DNA from: Squalus acanthias
Lineage: Eukaryota
Length of the DNA stretch: 64,000 bases
Assembly (NCBI GenBank): GCA_030390025.1
Contig: CM059431.1
Location: 50,902,001 to 50,966,000 of the forward strand
Direction of reading: 5' to 3'
A program made the translations under genes and the position numbers. This document shows, piece after piece, positions 12,237 through 23,329 of the stretch (position 1 is the stretch's first letter; each line of letters starts with the position of its first letter). The notes beneath the pieces were generated by a model. It saw nothing but the letters and a program-made list of their open reading frames with translations, did not search any database and had not been told where the DNA came from.

Positions 12237-13775
12237 ATGACGTTGCTAAATATTAAAGCAACTGCATAACAGCTTACTGTACGGTACTTCTCATACAGAG
12301 ACCAGTGAGCAGTGGGCAAGAAATGTCATGTACCTCTGTGACATCTGCTGCAGCAAATATTGTTACCGTTTACGTCAGCTTTGACTGCATTTTAATGGAC
12401 AAGTGTATCATTTAATTCAAGCATTAAACACAGCTATCCACACATTCCCATTCCCAAACAATGGGCGAATGAGAAAACAACAAATATACAACTTGCTAGG
12501 GTTAGGATGGCTTATGTATTACACACACATGCTCACACTGCTTTTAAGGAGAGAGAAAAATACCGATATTAATCTTCTCCACTGTCACGTAATCGTTTTG
12601 CTTGTATGAAACAAATAGGACGTATTATTAAAATATTACTGCATTGTATAGTGCTTTGGGACATTGGCAGATTCTGGAAAGACAAAGCACAGTGATAAAA
12701 CTGTGATCTTGCTTCAGTCCAAATACACTCAACAATTCATTATAGTAAGTAAAATAATCTGACTATTTTGTCTTATCCGTTTATGAGATACTTCAGGACA
12801 CAAACAGAGATAATCAGTGATAAAGGGAGACAGCTCCCCAACATCATAGTGAAACGAGATGTTCCACCACACTGAATAAGCAACTTTATGGCTAGCATCA
12901 GTCCTGTCAGCACTGTGACTAATGATGGCCAACATCAGTGCTGCAAGGTAGAGTCTCATTTCAACATGAGATCTGTAAACCTGTTTTCCTTAAAAGGTGT
13001 TCAGTTAAATGCCCTTCTAGTGTTGAAAACCAGAGTTCTTTTTCAGTGCTGCATTCTATAATTCAACTTCAGTATAAAGAATTTTCACTGCCATCCTTCA
13101 TCGATGACACCCATATTTGGGTGCCAGCGGTGGGGTCCACGCCAAGCAAGCAGGCCTGGACCAACAAAGACCGCAGAATTTTTTTTGAAAATGTTGCAGA
13201 TCGGCTCCCTTGCTCAGATTGCTCATAAATCATAGGGGCAGTGGGGGTGTGGTGAGCAATTTCCCTGCCCCCCTCCTCCCTTCCAAGAGCAGCGAATGGG
13301 TGAGTTTCCATGGGCATGGGTCAGGTCAGCAACAACGATGCACCTGCCCCAAGCTAATGTAATGCCCTCCCAATAATCCTGCAAACTCTGGTGGGGTCCG
13401 TTCTGGATGGCACCGTTGGGCACAATCCCAACGTAACTGCCAGGATCACGACCTGAGTAATTTAGTGGCCAAATATTTAAAAATTGTGCCAATAGCTCTA
13501 TTTGCATGACAGTGTCAATGTCACCTGAATTGTCACTTAGAATATACAGAGCTAGATCTTCCTCCCCTAGCTAAGAATGTTGAGTGAGTTCTGATGAAAG
13601 GTCATGAACCTGAAACAATCTCTGTTTCTCTCTCCACAGATGCTGCCTGCTCCTAATCAGACCCTGGAGCACATCATTGAGCACTGTCCTCAGAGGAAAT
13701 TCACAGGCAGCCTACAAGATATCCACGCTGTTACACCGGGAGCTTTGGCCTGGATATCTGACTTAGATATTGACA

Positions 13776-14441
13776 AAAGTGAGAAGTCGCACAACACCAG
13801 GTTATAGTCCAACAGTTTTATTTGAAATCACAAGCTTTCGGAGCTGCTGCCCCTTCGTCAGGTGAAGTGAAGGAATACGAATCGGCAAAGCATATATAGA
13901 CAGAGAACAATGCCTGTGTAGCGTACAATGTCAGACGACTACAGTTAATCTTTCTGACTGCCTTTTATCACACCTCGGCAGAGAAACAATCAGGTCAGGA
14001 AGGCATTATATCAAAGACATAGCAAGATACAGTTAAGACAATGAGGTGGGGTCACAGGGGGTCTAATGTGTCAAATGCAGTCTGTATGGAAAACCATAAA
14101 CTTTAAAATTTTAACTTTTTTTAAACTGGAAATCACATCTGTGAACAAGCCAACGACGACTCGAGTCTGGATGACTCTACGTCATGTAGCGTGACATGAA
14201 CCCAAGATCCCGGTTGAGGCCGTCCTCATGGGTGCGGAACTTGGCTATCAGTTTCTGCTCGATGATTTTGCGTTGTCGTGTGTCTCGAAGGCCGCCTTGG
14301 AGAACGCTTACCCGCAGATCCGAGGCTGAATGTCCTTGACTGCTGAAGTGTTCCCCGACTGGGAGGTAACAATCCTGCCTGGTGATTGTTGCGCGGTGTC
14401 CGTTCATACGTTGTCTCAGTGTCTGCATGGTCTCGCCGATG
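13776..14441 (-). mobile_element. 5'-truncated Penelope-like element (GIY-YIG C-terminus plus 3' pseudo-LTR)
   Basis: IGETMQTLRQRMNGHR...PVGEHFS..GHS...EQKLIAKFRTHEDGLNRD, with a 13-bp TSD TTAGATATTGACA at 13763-13775 and 14442-14454. Confidence 0.92.
13828..13865 (-). ncRNA. Minimal type I hammerhead ribozyme of the Penelope element
   Basis: Minus strand reads UCAC-CUGACGA-A-GGGGC-agca-GCUCC-GAAA-GC-UU-GUGA: intact core, stem I UCAC/GUGA, stem II, and a palindromic AAGCUU stem III. Confidence 0.85.
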
Positions 14442-14988
14442 TTAGATATTGACATTTGATTTGCTTTGCTACTGCCATACGAAAGAAGAAGAAGACGTTT
14501 TTCCAGAACTTTCTGTTTTTATTTCAGATTTACAGTATTCGCAGTATCTTTTCTTTTGCCAAACAGACAATAATGTTGCCATCTAATCTCATGTGTGCAC
14601 AGGCATTACATGCATTTTTTTTGTATTGAAATGGATAGTATTTACAAAGAACACTTGTTCATAGATATTAATAACTTCACAGAGCTCCCTTGATGGCTCA
14701 GCAGATGAGTAGCTGAGCCATACACACTAGGGGAAAATTGAGGACAGGATTACAGCCCTCTGTGATGCCTCTCTGTGAAGCTTTCTGAAACTCACTGTCA
14801 AGGCTCACACATGTATAATGGTCACTACAGCAAGGTAGTGCATCATGTCCAGTACCATTGAAACCACGCCCCAGGATCAACACATCCAGGAGAGGAACAG
14901 ACAAAATGAGTGAGGAAAGAGAAAAAAAAATCTTCATCGACCCTGACTTATTACAAAGAGATGTGCTGTTGAGTAATGCCAAAAACAT

Positions 14989-15616
14989 GGGCTAAAAATT
15001 GAGTAGCGCCCCATTTGGGGTGCTAACTTTAGCGCCCCGGAAAAATTAGCACCCCTGCGCCAGAACTTGAGTGGTTGCGCCTCAAGAGGGAAGCGGGGTG
15101 CTACTGGAAGTGACCCGCATCCCTCTTGGGGCGCTGTGAGTCAATATCATGCTGCTACGTGCCATAGCGCCACGCGCTGCGGCACATCGCGCTGCGGTAT
15201 TGCAGGCCTTCCTCCCCTTCTTAAAGAGGAGGGGCCTTGCGCAGCATGACCCGGGGCCAAGCTGGGACCCCGGGGATCAGGAGTCCCGGCAAAAGAACCC
15301 GGCACTCAAGAGAAGTGCTGGGCTCTTGAAGCGCAGCCGGCACTCCGCAGGGGGGGGGGCAGTTCAGGAGGCCGGGGACGGAAGCGCAGGCAGGTGCTGG
15401 CAAGCGGCCAGCAACAAAAATGGCCGCCCCACACCTCGCCTTTAAATTGCGCCTCCCCGGCCGCAGGTAGGCCCCTCTGACCCCGTCGGACATAGCGTCC
15501 GGCGGTAAGTCAGGGGGCGCTCCCGAAGATCACGCCCGGGCGCTAGTTGCTTTGCGCCCCATTAGCGCCCTCTTAGGGTGCTAACGGGAGGCACAAAGCA
15601 ACCCAATTTTTCCCCC
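14989..15616. mobile_element. MITE related to the 8968-9787 element
   Basis: TIRs GGGCTAAAAATTGAGT / GGGGGAAAAATTGGGT, with shared subterminal sequence (tttggggygctaa; ttagcgccc...gctaaygggagg). Confidence 0.8.
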
Positions 15617-16799
15617 ATGTATTTTATGGTCACTAATCTTTTTCTTATTATGTGTGGTTTCATAAGGTGCCACATTATTTCTAAAGATGTTTGGCTCGTT
15701 AAAAAAAAAATCTATCCAGTCACTATGCAATGACATAGAGATTTGTAGTAATGTTTGTCACTGCAGAATGTCAAAGTGCAAGTTTGATTCCCCTCCACTG
15801 TCAGCCATGTTACTGAGGGGAAGGACCTGACCTCCACTTGGAGCAAAAGAAAGTTGCTACTAAACCCCTGTTGTGCACGTCCTAGCATCTGACTGAAGAT
15901 TGGCATTGGAAGAGGCCTCAGAACAGGTCAGCTCACCTTCTTGCTGGTTCAGTTGGACCTCCACAGCTGATCCAATCTGCGCTATCACTTCACAGCATTG
16001 TGTGCTTTAGGTGTTAGAGGAATAAAATCAGGAAACACCCTTGTTTCTAGAAGACTAGTGAATTTTTGCTGCAGTCGTGGAAATAGGGCCAATATTATAC
16101 TTCCATTTTTAGTGCAAAATTAAAATTTCATTTTTTTCCAAAAGCAAGATTTTTGAAAATGTTTATTATTCAGAAATTCTAATCCTTTATTAATTGTGTA
16201 TTACCATAGAGTAGTAATTGAAATCAGAGGTACACAACATCTCTGTTTCAAAAACTGATCATATTGAATTTAATTAGAGGTTAATTGGAGGTCACTTTGT
16301 ATGAAAGTTTATTGCCCTGGCATTTGTACTGGTAACTACTTCTTTAACCCTTGTAGTGTGATTATGAAAACACCAATAGAGCAAAATGGTGAAACTAGAG
16401 ATATTCTGTGGACGAAATGATGGATTGTCAAAAAACAATGCATTTCTCCTGTGGAAAATATTGTGAGTGATGCATCTTATTATATTCATCTGCACATATG
16501 TGATAAAAACTTTCTAAAAGTTTGCTTATGTTGGTATTTATGGTGCACTAGAATGTATTAGGTATTAAAGTCCCTTTCCCAATATCGGTCACGCTAACTA
16601 CATATTGTTTCCATGTGTTCAGTTGGATTAGGGCCATTCATTGCCCAAAACAATCATTGAAAGCATATACCTTATTTAAAGTGGAGGTTCATTGATGCTG
16701 CAGAACCTTGTTCTCAGCATTACTGGCTGTGCAGCTGCCTCAGCAAGCAGCAGCATCAGGTCAAGGAGAAGGAGCCAGAGGATTGAAGCAGCTGTACTC

Positions 16800-18410
16800 A
16801 TGGCAGATCCACGCCCCAGAGAGACAGCCCGCAGATTCTGCGATCAAGCATTGGAGGTGTTGGTGTTCGCTGTGGAGAGATGAAGGGCGGTGCTCTACCT
16901 GGCCAGTGGCAGGAGGCCCTCACTGCAAGTCTTCCGCACCATGTGGAGGGAGGTAGTGCAGCACGTCTCGGGCAGCACTGTGGTCCCCAGGATCCACACA
17001 CAGTGCAGGAAGAAATTTAATGACCTCACTCGGGTGGTCAGGGTGAGTGAATGCTTCAACAAAAGCTACATACCACCACCTGAACCAGTCTTTACACACT
17101 GCCCAAAGCACCATACCCCCAGCACTCACCCACCAACAATCTCTACCTACCAACACTCACACCCGCATCTCACACCTTGCACACAATGACAGCTATTCAA
17201 CTATGGCAGGCACCTCACCCAAACACATTGCTCCACACTCACTCACACACTTTCCTTTCTCTTGCAGGCCAAGGTGGCTCACAACAGGAGGGAGCAGGAG
17301 CGCGCCACTTTCTGCGCTGCAGATTATTGGGCACCAGGTGGTGGGCGCCGTGGCCACCAGCGACGTTAACCCCCTTGGGGACAACAACGGTATGTTCATC
17401 CCTACTCCTTCTTCTCACATCCCACATCCCCCTCACCCCACAAGCATTTTGCATTTTCCAGCTAATCATGCTGTATGCATGCATTTCTCCCTTCCTGCCC
17501 CCCTCCCCTCACCATAACCCGACTCTTGTGCCTTTATGCTTTTAGATAATCAGCAAGCACCTGACGAGCCTGTCCGAGGGCACCGTAGAAAGCGAGGCGG
17601 GAGAAGAGGAGGAGGAACAACACACCGTGTCACTGCCTGTCTCACCCGCAGGCATCAGCTCAGACACTGGCACTACACATTCTTTAGAGGCTAGTATAGT
17701 AGCGGGATCTGCACAGGGTGAGGCACCGGGGACGAGTGGGCTGCAACAAGGTCAGGGGGAAAAGGTAGTTCGGGGGCCAGCTCCCCGGAGGGCGAGTTCT
17801 GATGCCGCGTGTGATGGACGATCTGGCAGCTTCCATTGCAGCACAGGCGGAAGCGACGCAACATCTTAGTGTTGTAATGCAGTCTATGCTTGGTGGCATC
17901 CAATCTCAGACTGCTCTCATGCAGTCTCAACTTGATGCCACGCAAGCTCAGACTGCTGCCATCGTGGCTGGGTCTACCACCGTTGAGCGGGGCTTTCACG
18001 GAGCCTCAGCAGGCCAGCAATCTGTGCTCCAACAGATTGGTAGGGATGCTGAGGTGCTGCCCCGGGGGAGTGGCAGTGGGTCAGTGCAGCAGGAACCTGC
18101 TGTCCTCTCTCAGGATGACAGCATTCCTGCTCCCACCACTGCCACTCCGCCATTGCCCATGTCGCTACCCATCATCCAGCCAGCCCAGTCTGCTGCCGCC
18201 TATGCTGAGGTGCTGCAGTCTACAGCCAGGCCTTCCAGGCCCAGAGCTGGTCGAGGGTGTCCTGCAAGGCCATCTGAATTCTCCCGCATGGATACTCAGC
18301 AGCCTTCCACCAGCCCTGCTGCAGCCACTGGGCCAACACTTTGTAGAAGCACTAGAGTAGGCAAAGGCGCAGGAACGAGAGGTACTAAGGGATTGCACAA
18401 GGGTAAATAG
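16800..18410 (+). pseudogene. Harbinger Myb/SANT-like DNA-binding protein gene, 3 exons (16800-17042, 17268-17389, 17546-18410)
   Basis: Exon 1 reads RFCDQALEVLV...WREVVQHVSGSTVVPRIHTQCRKKFNDLTR (trihelix-like). Introns are canonical GT-AG (gtgagt...ttgcag; gtatgt...ttttag). Exon 2 starts AKVAHNRREQER. There is an in-frame TGA at 16881-16883 and a frameshift in exon 3. Confidence 0.8.
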
Positions 18411-18415
18411 TTAAT

Positions 18416-19159
18416 GGCCCGAAAATTAGACCTAATACGCGAGAGTACGCACTGTGTACTCTCGCGTTTTAGGTCTCCAATTGCCGGTTTCCAGCATGCA
18501 CTGCGCATGCGCGGGAAACCGGCACTTCGTGAATTCAAAAGGGGGCGGTTCCTAAGTGAACCGCATGCGCGCTACAGGCTGCGCGCACGCAGTGCACTTA
18601 GTGCTTTGAACGCGCAGGTAAGCATGGAAGATTTTACACATAAAGAAAGGAGGCGTAAGACCCTCTTTTAACAAGGTAAGTAGTTAATTAAGTATTATTT
18701 TAAATTTTTTTCAACAGGTTTATCTTTTTTAGAGACTTTAAAGAAAGGTAAGTTTATTTTTATAACTTTTAAAAAGATTTTAAGTTTTTTCAAAAATTTA
18801 ATTTTTTGTTTAAAGTGGTTAATTTATTTAACTATACTTATTTTATTAATGTGATGGCTTTTTTTTAAATTTAATTGAGGTTTAGCTGTTCTTTTGGGGG
18901 TGTGCAGGATTCATAGCTTTGACAGCCCTTGCTGTTAAAACTATGAATGAAAGATGGTGTGCTGCTATTGGCTCTAACTGAATCACGTGATCCCAGAGCT
19001 CGCACGAACTAATTGCGTCTCTGGGTCACGCAAGCACTGCACAGCTGCAGCCTTGAAACTAAAGTTCGTGTGGGCCCAGAGGAAAAAGGTAGGCGCGGAG
19101 TGAGATATCGCGGGGAAGCCTTACCCCCGCGTGAACACTCACTGTTTAATTTCTGGGCC
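18416..19159. mobile_element. MITE nested between the two Harbinger genes
   Basis: Imperfect TIRs GGCCCGAAAATTAGAC / GGCCCAGAAATTAAAC, CpG-rich arms and an AT-rich core (~18670-18880). No clear TSD. Confidence 0.75.
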
Positions 19160-19290
19160 GATATTTTTGTTTATGAATTCAGTTCGGATTCTTTTGTGGT
19201 GTCTCTCATTTCAGCTTTGCGCTGTGATATGGCCTGCGAGAGGGATGGAATGATGGGGATGTGATGAGCAACGGGGATCTGGGGTTTAAT

Positions 19291-22020
19291 TCATTTGAAC
19301 CGCAGTTTGATGAGGCGGTCATGGACTGCCCTTTCGGAAGGCCGATTGAGTGGCTGCCTCCTCCCTCGTTCCTGTTCCTCCTCCTCCTCCTCGTCCTCCT
19401 TATCTTCCTACTCATCCTCCTCCTCTCCCTCTTCCTCTTCCTGAGGTGGTCCCACAATCCCTGGTGGCAAGGGCCCTCATGATGGCCAAGTTGTGGAGCA
19501 TGCAGCAGACCACCACAAAAGGGGACACTCGCTCAGCCGAGTACTGGAGGGCTCCTCCCAAGCAGTCAAGGTAGCAGAACCGTTGCTTCAGCAGGCTGAT
19601 GGTCTGCTTGATGATGTTCCTGGTGGCAGCATGGCTCTCATTATATGAATGCTGGGCAGGAGTGTTGGGGTTGCGGTGAGACATCATGAGCCAGGTGGAG
19701 AGCGGATAGCCCTTGTCTTCGACCAGCCAGCTGCGAGCTTGATGTGGTGGCTGGAAGAGTGCTGGCACACCGGACTAGCGCAATATAAAGGCCTGCTGCC
19801 TGGATAGTGGGCATTGTCATTGAGGATTAGCTGTCTGTGGTCACATACCAACTGCACATTAAGTGAGTGGTATCCTTTGCAGTTACGGCAGATCTCAGGA
19901 TTGTTATGCTGTGCCCGCAAAGCCACCTGGGTGCAGTCAATGTCACCCTGCACCATGGGGACCATGTGACCATCTTCAAGAAAGGTGACAAGTCCGATTG
20001 CAGTAATTACAGAGGAGTTTCCCTGCTGTCAGCACAGGGAAAGTCATCGCAAGAATCCTCCTCAATCGCCTTCTCCCAGTGGCTGAAGAGCGCCTCCCAG
20101 AGTCGCAATGCGGATTCCGCCCACTAAGGGGCACAATGGACATGATCTTCACTGCGCGTCAATTACAAGAGAAATGCAGGGAAAAGCACCAACCGCTGTA
20201 CATGGCCTTCTTTGACCTCACAAAGGCCTTTGACACTGTCAACCGTGAGGGATTATGGAGTGTCCTCCTCAAATTCGGCTGCCCTCAAAAGTTTGTCACC
20301 ATCCTCCGCCTGCTTCACGACGACATGCAAGCCGTGATCCTGACCAACGGTTCCACCACAGACCCAATTCACGTACGGACCGAGGTCAAGCAAGACTGTG
20401 TCATCGCACCAACGCTCTTCTCGATCTTCCTTGCGGCAATGCGCCATCTCACCCTCAGTAAGCTCCCCGCTGGAGTGGAGCTAATCTACAGAACAAACGG
20501 GAAACTGTTCAACCTCCGTCGCCTCCAGTCCAGATCCAAGGTCGTCACTTTGTCGTCGAATTACAGTATGCAGACAACGCTTGCGTCTGCACACACTTGG
20601 AGGTCGAACTCCAAACCATTGTTAACACCTTCACTGAAGCGTATGAGAGCATGGGCCTCACACTAAACATCCGTAAGACAAAGGTCCTCTACCAACCTGC
20701 CCCCGCCACACGGTACTGCTCCCCGATTATCAAAATCCATGACAAGGCCTTGGACAACGTGGACCACTTTCCATACCTCAGCAGCCTACTGTCAACATGA
20801 TGAAGTCCAACACCACCTTCAGTGTGCCAGTGCAGCCTTCGGTCGCCTGAGGAAGAGAGTGTTTGAAGACCAGGACCTCAAACCCGGCACCAAGCTCATG
20901 GTCTACAAAGCAGTAGTAATACCCGCCCTCCTGTATGCCTCAGAGACATGGACCATGTACAGCAGGCACCTCAAAGCACTGGAGAGGTACCACCAACGCT
21001 GCCTCTGCAAGATCCTGCAAATCCATTGGCAGGATAGGTGCACCAACGTCAGTGTTCTTGCTCAGGCTAACATCCCCAGCATCGAAGCTTTGACCACGCT
21101 CGAGCAGCTCCGATGTACGGGTCACATCGTCCGCATGCCCAATACGAGACTCGCAAAACAAGCGCTCTACTCGGAGCTCCGACACAGCAAGAGAGCCCCA
21201 GGTGGGCAGAGGAAATGCTTCAAGGACACCCTCAAAGCCTCCTTGAAAAAGTGCAACATCCCCACCGACACCTGGGAATCCCTGGCCCAAGACCATAGAA
21301 AGTGGAGGAGAAGCATCCGGGAAGGCGCCAAATACCTCGAGTCTCTTTGCCGGGAGCAAGCGGAAGCCAAGCGCAATCAGCGGAAGGAGCGCACATCAAC
21401 CCAAGCACCCCACCCACCTGCCCCTTCAACCACCGTCTGCCCCACCTGTGACAGAGACTGTAGGTCCCGCATTGGACTCATCAGTCACCTGAGAACTCAT
21501 TTTTAATGTGGAAGCAAGTCATCCTCGGTTCCGAGGGACTGCCTAAGAAGAAGAAGCACCATGGGGAATCCCGCTATCCTGGCAAAGCCACATGCATGCT
21601 TGTCCTGCTTCTCTCTGGTGATGGGGAAGGAAATGTAGTCCCTTCTCCTACTGTAGAGAGCCTCTGTGACCTCCCGGATGCAGTGATGGACGGCGAACTG
21701 CGAGACGTTAGCAATATCTCCTGTTGCAGACTGGAAAGATCCGCTGGTGAAGAAATTGAGGGCGACGGTGACCTTGACAGCCACTGAGAGAGCCGTGGTC
21801 GCCCTGATCTGTGGCTGGAGGTCTGGTTGCAGGAGGTGGCAGAGTTCTGTGACCATCTCCTGGGGAAGTGGGGCCTTCTAATGCACTGCTCCTCGCTTAA
21901 TTGGAGGTAGGAGAAGTGCTCTCGGAATACCCTCGGAGGGTGAGGCCTCCTGTTGAGAGCATTGACGGCCCTCCTCCTCCCTCTGGCCACATGCGCATGC
22001 CTCCCTGCACATGCCTCCAA
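19291..22020 (-). pseudogene. Harbinger (HARBI1-like) DDE transposase, split by an RTE insertion
   Basis: Motifs ALNFFTSGSFQ, GFPMV|QGDIDCTQV, KGYHSLNVQLVCD, DKGYP, YNESHAATRNIIKQT, LKQRF, CCMLHNLA and an acidic tail. Frameshifts are present and the expected catalytic E appears as K. Confidence 0.9.
19962..21555 (+). mobile_element. 5'-truncated RTE-clade LINE
   Basis: RT motifs (ESQCGFR, FFDLTKAFDTVNR, QDCVIAPTLF, YADN), C-terminal CPTCDRDCRSRIGLISHLRTH, (AAG)n tail, and a 12-bp TSD GCACCATGGGGA at 19950-19961 and 21556-21567. Confidence 0.93.
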
Positions 22021-23329
22021 TTAATATTGCAGTTGGATTGGGCCCTGATAATGTCATCCGAACCTGATCTGCGTATTTAAAGGAGGACCCCCTACCTTCC
22101 GGTGGATGTTCCTCTCACCTTCTCGGAAGAGCAGGTTAAGATTGCAATCCGTGCGACGGCAGTGGCATCGCTGCAGATAGGTTGCATGGCCCATTTTAAC
22201 TGCCCACCCACCCAGTTTCCGCCAGGCAGGAAGGGTTAAAATCAGCCCTTAAGATTTCCGAGAAAAGTGGAAATGTAGTTATCAAAAAGGCGTTTGAAAT
22301 ATGAGACGCTTGATGAAATTTCTTTAACTATAACTCTTTCCTCAACTTTTAAAATTGAAACCCTGAAATGATGCTCTGCAATATTAGCATATCTGCATTT
22401 AATAAATTACTTTGATATTTTAACAGAGGCACTGATTCCTTTAATATAAAAGGATTAGTGCTCCTGTGATTGCATTAAACATTTGTACACTAATATTGCA
22501 CAATATAATTTCGTGGGCAAAAGTTTTCATTTGGGGTGTAAGTTTGATTATGAATAATAGAGCTCTTAACTTGCCAGTGTTTTTCCAGTATTTTTTTTAT
22601 ACTGCAATAGGGTCCAAGAGATAATTAAGCCAAGAGAATATTAGCTCCCTGTATATTTTCCATTTTATACATACTGGACCCTTTATTATAGCAATTACTA
22701 AATAGAACAGTTATAAAATTTGCTCTAGAATGCTGTAGTGGGTGGACCTTTGAAAACTCAAGCACAGATCTGGGTTTGATTGACTATGTCACCTGCACAT
22801 GTATGCTAAAAGCTTTATAAACGTTTGCTCTATGTTGGTCTTTATGGTTCACTAGAATCTATTAACTATTAATCTGTCATGTTAACCATGTGACATTTCT
22901 GTCTGTTCAATGGGACGAGGGACGAGGCAGTTTGTTCCATTATTTTTTTCTTGTGATTTGCGGAGAGAAGAGCAGGAACAGAAGCAGGGAACAAGCAACA
23001 GCAGGACGGCTGGTCACTGCAAACACGCTATTTGAGAGTCAGATGGCCAGGAACACACAAGGTCAGGTTGGACAGTAAGTCAGGAAGGCAGAGGTAGAAA
23101 AGCGTGTATGAGTCAAGAATGGGTTGGACATATTGGCTGCATGGTGAGATATGGGTCAGGCCGAGCAGAGAGGCTATGCTGGTTGGGCTTTGGCCAATTT
23201 AAAAAAGGGAAGAATGCTAAAGATAATTAAAAATAAAAAGCTAAAGATAAAAGTGGAAAATGGCTGTCTTCTGGGATTTGATTGGTCTATTTGATTGGTA
23301 CATGATTAATATGGATCAATATGGACAGC

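Larger units (their letters stand above)
13649..14494 (+). mobile_element. Vingi/Ingi-like LINE 3' end, split by the Penelope insertion
   Basis: After removing the insertion it reads PNQTLEHIIEHCPQRKFTGSLQDIH...ALAWISDLDIDI*, then ccatacg and a (gaa)n tail. Confidence 0.65.
13586..14558 (+). mobile_element. Short Penelope-derived repeat, split into 13586-13649 and 14495-14558
   Basis: Both halves match the reverse complement of the uninterrupted copy at 41688-41820. Confidence 0.75.
16680..22248. mobile_element. Decayed PIF/Harbinger DNA transposon with two convergent genes and nested insertions
   Basis: Myb/SANT-like gene (+) converges on a HARBI1-like transposase (-). A right TIR-like end aaaatcagccc finishes at 22248. 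The left TIR was not recognised, so the start is approximate. Confidence 0.85.

Noticed and set aside
13070-13520. GC-richer patch with 82-96 aa ORFs
   Set aside because: No recognisable motifs; probably a decayed TE fragment, but unsupported.
19291-22020. Possible domesticated HARBI1 gene
   Set aside because: Frameshifts, an RTE insertion, loss of a catalytic residue, and linkage to a TIR and a Myb partner show it is a dead transposon.
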